From contig OX597841.1 of assembly GCA_951406725.2 (NCBI GenBank), positions 17,980,001 through 18,044,000 on the forward strand: 64,000 nt of DNA, read 5' to 3'. This stretch comes from Octopus vulgaris (lineage: Eukaryota). The notes under the pieces were generated by a model that was not told the origin of the DNA, ran no database searches, and saw only the letters and a program-made list of their open reading frames with translations. The position numbers and the translations under genes were made by a program. This document shows, one piece after another, positions 13,302 to 24,300 of the stretch (within the stretch, counting starts at the first letter, position 1; every line of letters begins with the position of its first letter).

Positions 13302-13857
13302 TATAGACATACACACACATAAAAAGGGGGAGGGAGAGAGAGAGAGAGAGGAGAACAACAAGCTACAATGAAATACAGAAATCAGTAAAAACAACAACAG
13401 CAACAACAATAGATTTTTCCGAATTGATTTTGCAGACTTTTCCAAGATGAGAACTTCTATCAACAAAAGGCCAAGTCACATGTAACCCTTTTCATTCGTT
13501 GCTTCTGTCATATTATGAAACGAAAGTGAAAGTAGAAGACTCTCATCCAAGAAGGTGAGTGACAGGAGAGGAATTAAAACAGGACTGAAATGGAGTAAAA
13601 AGGGGCTTACACTGGGCTGAGTGGTACAATAACAAAGGGGAAAACAGACTTCAATTCATTTCATGCAACAGAGTCCCTTCTATCTTTAAATTAAGGAGCA
13701 CATGAACCAGTGAGGGAGCTCTGATATAATCACTTGAGCCTTACTCAAGTAAACTGCTAAATTTCAGCAGTAACAACGACAACAACAACAGCAGCAATAA
13801 CAACTCCCGCGCCTCAAAAAAAGAAGAAAAAACGTAAAAAAGAATTCAGTGACCAAC

Positions 13858-13920
13858 CTTGATGGGTCGTGAGTCATCCTTGCCACCTCCTAACCGTTCC
13901 TCTGGGTTCTTCTTCAAGAG
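13858..13920 (-). CDS. RPS6KB: p70 S6 kinase-like exon, subdomain XI (LLKKNPEERLGGGKDDSRPIK), 63 bp
   Basis: Acceptor tatctgtttgtccAG, donor AAG|GTTGGT. In phase with exon 18122-18187; LLKxxxxxRLG is the AGC-kinase motif. Confidence 0.85.
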
Positions 13921-14149
13921 CTGGACAAACAGATAATTACTTATGTATAAGAGGATCAATTATTTATGTATAACAACAAGGTGTTCATTAACGACTGGGA
14001 ACATTATTCTTATGTAAATATAATTCGTAACGAAACAAAACCATTCCGTTTGCTCAGGCAACATTCAGATGGATATTTTCAGGTAATATTCCACCAAATA
14101 TTCGGCCAAAATATCATCTGAAGAAATGGGTGGCTATGTAACAATACAA

Positions 14150-14557
14150 GTAATGTTTAGCACCACATCAATATGGCTGTTTGATATTACAAGTGTTTTT
14201 AACCCCAGGAAGAGCCTCCTCCAGCTGCTTATTGATGCAGTCTGCACCCTGTATATATTGCAATCAAGGGAGCGAACTCTTACTGTCTTCTAGCAGATGA
14301 CAGGATCACCAGACTGAATGGTTTCAGGCTATTTGTGCCAATATTCAGTGGTGAACATCCGGCTGCTAGAAATAGTGGGAATTCCCTCCAGCTCGCAACA
14401 TCTAGAAAAATCAAGTGACAATCAGTCACTGATCTTGCAACAAGCAAAGTAGCTAGTTAGAAAAATCTCTACAAGAAATGACAGAAGCAACTCTACTGAG
14501 TATTCTCCGTAGAGTTACTACTTTCATCTCCTCTTGAAATTGTCTGGCTACTTTGCT
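14150..14557. mobile_element. 408-bp insertion with a 15-bp target-site duplication and a long terminal hairpin
   Basis: TATGTAACAATACAA at 14135-14149 and 14558-14572. Hairpin agcaaagtagctag...aactctac / gtagagtt...ctggctactttgct at 14443-14557. Confidence 0.75.
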
Positions 14558-15217
14558 TATGTAACAATACAAATTCACATAATGTTATCTCTTAAGTTAT
14601 GCAATAAAATCATACGTCGAAACAGGTGTAGGGATGTTTTTCGATTGAGCCAGTCATTTTCATTTACTAAATATTACACCACACAAAATGTACTAAATAG
14701 GGTTTTTTGATACAAGCATGGATTAGCAACACACCCGGCACTAATGAACAACTGTTCAATTCTGTGCAGACTGCTGAACTGACCAGCTGAGTTACCAGGA
14801 AGACCCCTTTCTGCTCTGTTTTCAGAGGACTCTGCTGAGCCAAAGCTACACAGAGGTGCTTTACGTTAATTTGCCAACATCTTCTTTGTTTCACTATAAA
14901 AAAACACACACACACACACACATAGGTGCAGGAGTGGCTGTGTGATAAGAAGCTTGCTTCCCAACCACATGGTTCAGGGTTCAGTCCCACAGTGTGGCAG
15001 GTGTCTTCTACTATAGCCTCAGGCTGACCAAAGCTTTGTGAGTGGATTTGATGGACAGAAACTGAAAGGCGGCGGCAAGATGGCGGAAATGTTAGCATGC
15101 TGGGCGAAATGCTTAGTGGTATTTCATCTGTCTTTACATTCTGAGTTCAAATTCCACCGAGGTTGACTTTACTTTCGGGGGTCGATTAAATAAGTACCAG
15201 TTATGCACTGGGGTGGG

Positions 15218-15586
15218 GGGACCCTGTCAAAGGCTTTCTCCATGTCAACAAAAGCCAGGTACAGAGGTTTATCTTTGGCTAGGTATTTCTCCTGCAGCTG
15301 TCTTACCAGAAATATAGCATCAGTGGTGCTTTTCCCTGGCACAAACCCAAACTGCATCTCATCTAGGCTGACTCTCTCCCTAATTAGTTAGGCTATGACC
15401 CTCTCCGTGACTTTCATTACCTGATCCATCATCTTGGTACCTCTGTAATTATTCCTATCTAATGCATCGCCTTTACCTTTGTAGCAGTTGACTATGGTGC
15501 TGCTACACCAGTCATTGGGTATGACTCCTCCATGTATCACCTGACTGACTACATGGGTGTCTAGACTATAGTCAACACCACCAGAT
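15218..15586 (-). pseudogene. RTE-clade LINE RT fragment
   Basis: MQFGFVPGKSTTDAIFLVRQLQEKYLAKDKPLYLAFVDMEKAFDRVP, preceded by IPNDW and YKGKGDALDRNNYRG. Confidence 0.88.
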
Positions 15587-16008
15587 AAATGATAATATAA
15601 ATGATTATATATGAATATAGGGACCTCTACTCATTAGTCACTGTGAATAATCCTCATTTAAATATCTTCAAATCTTGTGACTTCTGAAAACTAGTAATAT
15701 TTTGATATCCATTAATTCTATATCTATGGCGTTCTATAAGTTATAGTTATTGTAGCTCCAAGTTTATCTTCAGATTTATTATGGAATCCTCTGTCCAATA
15801 AATTAAGGAAATAGAGAACATTTTTGTTGGGTTTCTCTTCATATTTATTATGGAATTCTCCCTCTGATAAACAAAAATTATGAAGACCATTTTTTTGTTA
15901 GTTACTTTCAACAATTTTTCTGTATACCAGTAACTTTCATTAAAAGAGTTGTTATATATTACCAGTATAATAGTGTATGGTTCTATATTTTTGAGATGAG
16001 GAATTCAG

Positions 16009-16530
16009 GACATTATCTACGTCGGATGGATACGTGTCCTCATCTTGCTTGTTGTTACAATGTTTCAGTTGATTTACTCTCCAGCTTTCATCAGATCTCC
16101 TGGTGGAATTTTGAGCCCAGCCCTGGGTTCTCGTTTCAAAGGGGTTTTTTTTTGTGCTGATGTTATTATTATTATTTATTCAAGGCAATGCCTGGAATTG
16201 AACTCGCAATCTTGGAGTTAGTAACCTGCGCTGTTAACCATTACGCTATATGCAATGCAGATATGAGTAGAATATGGGAACCGTTATTAATGAAGGACAT
16301 ATAAATATTAGGTTTATAAGCCCTAAAATTCACTCTATAATTGCCCTCGGGCATATAGCATAATGGTTAAGAGCATGGGCTACTGACTCCAAGATCAGCA
16401 AATAAAACCAAAAGTCTTAGGAAGGAGATTCCAGGGTTGGGTTTAAAATTCTACCAAGACCCCTGATGAAGGCTGGAGAGTAAATCAGTCACAAGATGGG
16501 GACACATATCCGTCCAATGTAAATAATGTC
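16009..16530. mobile_element. Inverted pair of a short element with a tRNA-like head followed by a hammerhead-like motif
   Basis: Arms 16009-16253 (-) and 16351-16530 (+). A box TAGCGTAATGG, B box GAGTTCAATTCC, then CTGATGA a(g/a)gctg gagagtaaat ca(g/a)ct GAAAC. Confidence 0.65.
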
Positions 16531-16870
16531 GATGACAGTATATTATCATTTATATTTATTTACACGTTTTATTAGAGTCTCCAGATTAAGACCCTGATAC
16601 TTTATTTATAGATTGTTGTTGTATGTTATTATAAGAGCCAAAGACTATCTTCGACCTAAACAAATTTGGATTAATATTATTTAAGATATATAGAAATATA
16701 TTTTGATAGTTGTAGATTCTATTTACTTAAATATCCGTTATAATCTTGGTTTTTTTAAAAATTGTAATTGATATATAATTCGATAGTTAACGCTCACAAT
16801 ACATAGGCATTTGAATGAATTTTTTCACAATCCAGCCATCCTTTCACACGGAATTTCGTCTGTCTATAAA

Positions 16871-16958
16871 CCAAAGCTCTGAAGAGACTTATATATAAAG
16901 GAATTGTTTATATGTCACAAAATGTATCCAAGTCGAAACAAATTGTTGGCTCTTTTGG
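16871..16958 (+). ncRNA. Type I hammerhead ribozyme candidate
   Basis: ccaaagct CTGAAGA gactt...aagtc GAAA ca aat tg TT ggct(cttttgg). Surrounded by AT-rich decayed sequence that may be Penelope-derived. Confidence 0.6.
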
Positions 16959-17532
16959 CTTTTTTATGATGTTTTTCTATGTTATCTTATATTATATTCA
17001 TAGTATTTTGTTTTATAAATCATTGGATTGTCAATTGAATCTCTCTAATTTATTGTTTATATATATATACGAGGAAGCAATATCCACGTAAGGGATTGTT
17101 AAAAACAATCCGGACGCTAACTGGGTTTACCCAAATATATTGATAGAAACTTCCTCAATATATATGTATAAACAGTCTTGTAAAATTAAAAAGCCAATAA
17201 AAAGAAAATTCCTAAACATAATCCTCAAATAAGTCGTTTCACAACTCAAAACTAAAATATACTTATTTTTCCTGCAGAGATCTAACAATATACAAATTAT
17301 TACATCTTCAAAACTTGCAATTATTGATGATTCGAAAATATTGTTGTATTGAAACATATGTAGAATATCTTTTTGGAGATTTGGGGGTTATTTTGTTGAG
17401 GCGGTTCCTTTTATACTTGTTCTTATAGGTATATCGTTTAATCTTTTAATTTGCATTACTTTTCCAATTGTGATACAAAGAAAATGAACCAAGCATCTTT
17501 TTCTTCTCCATTTTCTTTTATTGACTTTTTAA

Positions 17533-17569
<37 letters not shown>

Positions 17570-17653
17570 AACATATTTGCATATTTACATATATACGTAT
17601 TTATATATCCTTATATATACATAGCTATATATATATATGTATTATATCCTTAA

Positions 17654-17690
<37 letters not shown>

Positions 17691-18121
17691 AACACATTTG
17701 CATATTTGCATATATATGTATTTATATATCCTTATATATACATAGCTATATATATATATGTATTATATCCTTATATATATATATATACACACATGTACAT
17801 ACAAAGTGTGTATATGCAATATTTATTACACATACATTATAAACATATTCATTTAGTGTGTTTATTACCAGAATATGTATGCACATACATACGTATTTGG
17901 AGTGTATATATTTAGTGTGTACATGTGTGTGTGTGTATACATGACAGACTTCTTTTAGTTTTCATCTGTCAACTCCACTCACAAGGCTTTGGTCAACCAG
18001 ACGCTGTGCAGTGGGGCTGAACCCAGGACCATGTGGGTGGGAAGTGACCTTAACCACAAAGCCATGCCTCTGACTATAAACACACACACAAAGAAAAGAG
18101 TATATGGAGAACAGTTCTTAC

Positions 18122-18187
18122 CTTTTTGATAAGGTTACGCGCTTCGTTTGTCAAATAGGGGGGAAAATTTAATTTACACTTTAATAT
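18122..18187 (-). CDS. RPS6KB: p70 S6 kinase-like exon (ILKCKLNFPPYLTNEARNLIKK), 66 bp
   Basis: Acceptor tttttctctccAG, donor AAG|GTAAGA. Close to the S6K1 sequence [22 protein letters not shown]. Confidence 0.92.
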
Positions 18188-19911
18188 CTGGAGAGAAAAA
18201 GTTCAAAAGAGGCAGAGAGAAAATTAGATTTTTATTATTAATGAGTTTTAAACAGATAACAAAACATTAAATATGCAATATTATATCTTTAACTAGCAGT
18301 GGCTCATCGTATATACATATGTACACATCCTCTTTCAGGCATAAACTACCCAGGCATGGTCGTCTGTGTGTGTGTGCCAAAATACATCCTCTTAACCTTT
18401 AGCCCACTAATTTGCCCATAGAATAGCTTCCTTTGCCCCCTGTATTATTTTGAGGGGAACAAAAGAAATGAACACCTATTATGAAATTCACAAAACTTTC
18501 ATTGTAATGTGTGTAAGGAACTGATTAAAAAAATATTTTTTTTTGTATACTAATAACGGAATGGATGAATGATATTTTTGTGTAATACATTAAGGCATGG
18601 ACGAAGGAGTTGCTCCTCCGAAAAGTACCTCGTTGGGGCCAGTACTTTCCTTAAATCAGCCAGCCATAGATGACAGTAGCCACTCAGTACATCGTTCTCA
18701 ATAGAACTGTAAACACAGTCTACATCCTCATCATCACCTCAAATAATTTCACCCTTGATTTGGCCTCGGTTCTATCGAACTTTGTTTTTTCTCTTCCTGG
18801 ATGAAGATGGCTTCTCCTGCATTTGAAGCTTCCTGATTCTGAAGGATAGTCACATGACTGGTCTTGGAAACTTTTGTCGGTCCCCCCCCCGCTACGTCCT
18901 TGTATTAGTATCAAGTGACAATGTTTAGTGTTGTAAGTTAAGGCTGACACGGTTGACTGAACAAGTCTAGTGGCACTACAAAACGATCAAGGCTCCACAT
19001 GCTCTCTGTCAAGCGTTTGTAGAGAACGAACACGTGATTCAGTTTAGAACCTTCCTATGTCCGTGTGTTAGTGTCCCATGGCTGTATATTTTGCCCCTAA
19101 TATGATGGCCAACACCGCTGAAATCTACACATTTTTCCCATTCTCTCTCTGTCTATTTTCTCTTATTCCTTTCTGTTGAAGAACATAGGATTGAAACACA
19201 AAAGACTTTTTCATTTTCCCCAACAACAAACTAATACATTTGCTTGTTGATCACACACCTGTCTTTGTCTTTCTACAAATTAAAACTCTCTATATGTATA
19301 TATGGCTTCTAACCCACAGGCTGTGAGTTCACATCCCACCAGGGATGATTTATTTTCAGTTGTCCAACCCATGCCAGCACGGACAATGGATGTTAAATGA
19401 TGATGGCAATGTATGTGTGTAGAGACATGCTTGCATATTTGCATGCACAAGTGCTCCAACACTCACACACGCATGCACATAGAACATCACACACGTACAC
19501 ACACTTCATGCACAAACATGCTACTTGCACACAGCTGTTACACATATGCATTTGCACACACAAACACACATCTGGTAGCCTCACATACTATACACACCCT
19601 CCCACATACTCGTTTACTTATTATACACTCGCATACATGCTCCCATACGCACACACAATCTCACATAATCTTAATCTTGCCTGCACACACATACACACAC
19701 ACAGACTTGTGCCCCCTCCCCCCCAGTTTGGGCAGGTCACTCTTATCTCCCTTTCCATTGGCCCCTTTCTTCTTGTCAGCTCAACATGGGAAACTGTTTT
19801 TGTAAATCTGGTACTTATTCTATTAGTCTCTTTTGTTGAATCACCAAGTTATGGGGATACGAACAAACAACACCAGGTGTTAAGCAGTGATGAAGGACAA
19901 ACACACGCATG

Positions 19912-21030
19912 TCTCTCTATATATAAATGGCAGTTTGTCTGTCTGTGTGTCTGTCAGGTTGTACCCTCACCCTGACCACGGCTTTCAACCGATTCTGATG
20001 AAACTTGACACACATAGCCCATTGCCATAATTCAGAAGGCAGCGAAAATTTTTAAAAGTTCCCCCAGTTCTGAAGAAAATCGATAAATTCGACATGGGGT
20101 CGAGAATCTAAGCTTTTTATATGCAACACATTTTCTGTTGTAGTTTTCGCAACTTGCAATCGATTTTCACCAAACTCATGGTGAAGCTTAATGTTACCCT
20201 AAGAAACTTAATTCTGACGTTAGTTTTCCATGCAATACCTTAACATCAGAAAAAAATCGATAAAATCATGCCATTTTGGGAAATCGCGTTCAAATTCAAG
20301 ATGACATATTTTCGACAATATCTTTCACAAATTGGCAGGAATTTTTTTTAAATTCACAGTGAGCATCATGTCTGCTCCAAGGAGCTATATGGCCCTTTTT
20401 ATTCCAATAGGATACTTTATTACTGGAAAAAATTGGTTAATTAAATCAGATGTGACGCACATAGCAAACCAATTTGTGTATTGAACACAAACCACACACT
20501 GTCTAGGGGACGCAACTAGACCTTTTTAACTCTCGGAACATGTGGGGTAAGTATCCCAAAATATATAAAAATGTACAAAACCGGCAAAAAAGCGGGCAGC
20601 AATGTGAGTGACAACAACGAAAAAGTCAAAAGTGACCAAACTGAACAAACGAATGGAAAAGGTTTTTTGGTGCACACGACAAAAGCGGTCTATAATAAAC
20701 CAAGAGTTTGCAAAAATTTAAGGTAAAACGTTTGGGGTGGTAGATATAAAGAAAGTTTAAACAAAAAAAGTATTCGAATAACTTGCAGCTGCAGCAGCTA
20801 TTAGCAGAAGTGGCGGTGTTGGGGGTAAAGTCTTGAATATAATTTCTTCCTGGTAGGAATTGGTTCCGTTGAATTATCGATAGCTGGTTGATAGTTATTT
20901 GGGAGTGAAGAGAAGACATTGCAACCTACACATGCGCCTTCGTTCCCTAGAGAGAAAGGACTAGATTGGGATTAGTCGTTGCCTACTAGGGGCTCTTACA
21001 TACCCGGGCAACGCCAGGCTATGCTGCTAG
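19912..21030 (+). mobile_element. Non-autonomous Helitron
   Basis: 5' TC(TCTCTATATATAA), subterminal hairpin cccgggcaacgccagg, 3' CTAG|T. Shares its 5' region with 41696-42065. Confidence 0.8.
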
Positions 21031-21253
21031 TATACTATAAATGCATCACAACACATGTTTCTCCCTCTCCATTTTCCAAGCTGGTTTGGGTTGGACAGCT
21101 TAAAAGGAACTGGCAGGGTCAAGAGCCCTACTGGGTACCCTGATCAGTTTTGGCTTGGTTTCGACAGCTCGATGCTCTTCCGAGCGCCAACCACTTTACA
21201 GAGTGTATTGGGTGCTTTACACATGACACCAGCACCCAGACCAACATATTTCA

Positions 21254-21310
<57 letters not shown>

Positions 21311-21314
<4 letters not shown>

Positions 21315-22470
21315 TCATCATCATTTAACATCTGCTTTCCATGCTGGCATGGGTTGGATAGTTTGACTGAGGACTGCCAAGGCACAAGGATGTACCAGGC
21401 TCCAATCTGGACTGGCAAAGTTTCTACAGCTTGATGCCCTTCCTAATGCCAACCACTCCAAGAGTGTAGGGGGTGCTTTTTACATACCACTGGCAGGAGG
21501 ACCCATCAGGCGATACTGGCATTAATCACACTTGAATGGTGCTTTTCTGTGCCACCAGCATGGGAGCCAGTCAGGCGGCACTGGCAATGACCAAGCTCAA
21601 ATGGTGCTTTTTATGTGCCACCAGCACGGGACCAGTTAGGTGGCACTGGCATCAGCCACGACAATGACAATAAAAAGAAGTGCTGATCACTTAAAGTGGA
21701 AGGAAATTGTGGAAGTGAGAAACCGAGGAAGACATGGGGCAAAGTACTGAAAACTGATCTCAAAATGCTGGGCCTTACAAAGAAGATGAAAGGGGACTGA
21801 GATATGTGATGCATTGCTGTTCTCAAGAAGACCTGCCCACCACAACAGAACCGAGATCCGAAAACCAAGGCAGCACATAAAAAGCACTGGTGCTGGGGCC
21901 ATGAAAAAAGCACCTGGTACACACTGTAAATTGGTTGGTGTTATGAAGGGGATCCAGCTGTAGAAATTAGGCCAAAACAGAGCATGGGTCGTTGTGCAGA
22001 CCTTAGCCTTGCCAGCTCCTGTCAAACCATCCAACCCATGCCAGCATGGAAAGCACATTAAAAGATGATGATGATGGTGATGATGATAAACTTGCTTTTC
22101 TTAGAATATTCTATTTCCTCTTAGAAATATATATCTGGAGATATTTTCTGAGATCTCTTTGAATTTAATCAATTTTGGGTCATCATCATCATCATCGTTT
22201 AACGTCTTCCTTCCTTGCTGGCATGGGTTGGACAATTAGACAAGAGCTGGCCAAGCAGGAGCCCACACCAGACTTGTGTGTGTTTTGGCAGGGCTTTTAT
22301 GGCTGGATGCCCTTCCTAAAACCAACCACCCCATGGAGTGGACTGCATGCTTTTTACGTGGCACAAACACAAACGTGGTCGGTTTGACATGCCTTTTACA
22401 GCCGGACGCCCTTCCAAATGCCAAACACTTAACAGTGTGGACTGGATGCTTTTTAAGTAGCACCAGCACT
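21311..22470. mobile_element. Cluster of RTE-tail-type short repeats in both orientations with (CAT)n/(GAT)n tails
   Basis: The motifs catgctggcatgggttgga and ggatgcccttcctaatgccaaccac recur here and at about 4850, 5630, 6400, 43250 and 46950. Confidence 0.65.
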
Positions 22471-22729
22471 CTGGGACAACCTTGATAACATTGTCTTAAG
22501 ATGCATATTTTCAGATGTATTGATTTGAATAATATTTTCTACAACAGAAATGATCGGCGGCATTGTAGAGTGAAATTCTACAATTAAAGCTGTGATTTTC
22601 TCCGTTCTTATTTTTGTTATATACGTATATATTTAAATGCATACTTCCATACCCATATTTACATATATGCATCCATACATCCCTACACCCACGTGTATCT
22701 CCACCCCGATCAGGCTATTCGAATACTTA

Positions 22730-22852
<123 letters not shown>

Positions 22853-23509
22853 TTAGGCAACCTGACAGCAATGCTGGCTTCTCAGCAAAACTGAAACGGT
22901 CACAAAAACAGAATTAACACAGAAAGAAAAAAAAAAAAAAACCAAAATAAAATACATGAAAATTATGATCACCAAACCATGCAGACATGGCTCTGCGGTA
23001 AGAAGCTTGCTTCCCAACCACATGGTTGCAGGTTCAGTCCCACCTTCAACAAGTGTCTTCTGCTATAGCCTCAGGCCAGCCTTCAGGGTGGATTTGGTGG
23101 AAAGAAACTGAAAGAAGCCTGTCACACACACACAGATCATCATCATTTAGTGTCCATTCTCCATGCTGGCATGGTTGGACCAAGGCTGGTAAGCTGAGAG
23201 GCTACACCAGAAATCAGACTGGAATCTGGCACAGCCCCTCAGCTTACCAGCCCTAGTCCAGCCCATGCCAGCATGGACAACAGACAAATATTTATATATG
23301 TACGTATATGTCTGTGAATTTACGTCCCCCCTCCCACCGACCTAGTGGTTCACCAAAAGAAACTGATAGAATAAGTCCCAGTCTCTCCCCTCCCTCACCA
23401 CCAAAATGTACTGGGGTTAATTCATTGCAATAAAAGTCCTTTTGCTCTTCAAACCATCCAACCCATGCCAGCATTGACAACAGATGTTAAATGATGATGA
23501 TGATTATTA

Positions 23510-24215
23510 TTGGTAAGGTGCCAACATGGCAGAATTGTTCGCAAGCCAGGAAATAGATTTTAGCGACATTTTTCTCCATCTCAATTCCGATCCCGCCATG
23601 GTCAACTTTGCCTTTCATCCTTTCAGAGTCGATAAAATAAGGACCAATCAAGCATTAGGGGTTGGTGTAATTGACTAGTCCCCTTCCTCAAAATTCCAGG
23701 CCTTGTACAAAGGTATGAAAATAGAAAGGATTATTATTATTATTATTATTATTTAGGCACCAAGCTGGCAGAATCGTTAGCACGCTGGGCAAAATACTTA
23801 GTGGCATTTCGTCTGCCGCTATGTTCTGAGTTCAAATTCTGCTGAGGTCGACTTTGCTTTTCATCCTTTCGGGGTCAATAAATTAAGTACCAGTCAAGTA
23901 CTGGGATCAACATCACTGACTATCCCCCCACAAATTCCAGGCCTTGTGCCTATAGTAAAAAGGGATTATTATTCTTATTATTAATATTTTGGTGAGCTGG
24001 CAGAGTTGTTAGCACGCTGGGCAAAATGCTTAACAGTGTTTCATCTGTCTTCACATTCTGAGTTCAAATTCTGCCAAGATTGATTTTGACTTTCATCCTT
24101 TCATAAATTAAGTACCAGTTGTGTACTGGGGGTTAATCTAATCGACTGACCCCCTCCCCCAAAATTTCAAGCGTTGTGCCTTTAGTAGAAAGGATTATTA
24201 TTATTATTATTATTA
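23510..24215 (+). mobile_element. Three tandem copies of SINE family B with (TTA)n tails
   Basis: Repeated gagctggcagaatcgttagcacg...ttctgagttcaaattc...gcctttcatcctttcggggtcgataaa. Also at about 15070, 28890, 60225 and 63850. Confidence 0.8.
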
Positions 24216-24300
24216 GGTAATTTTATTCAAATCTGTTATTGTACAGGGTAGACTAAAAGTCTTGTCACTACCCGTATTATTTTAAGTTTCTCTTATGAAG

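Noticed and set aside
19170-19215. Hammerhead-like ttgaagaacataggattgaaac (related copy at about 46705)
   Set aside because: Core and stems too degenerate in both copies to support a call.
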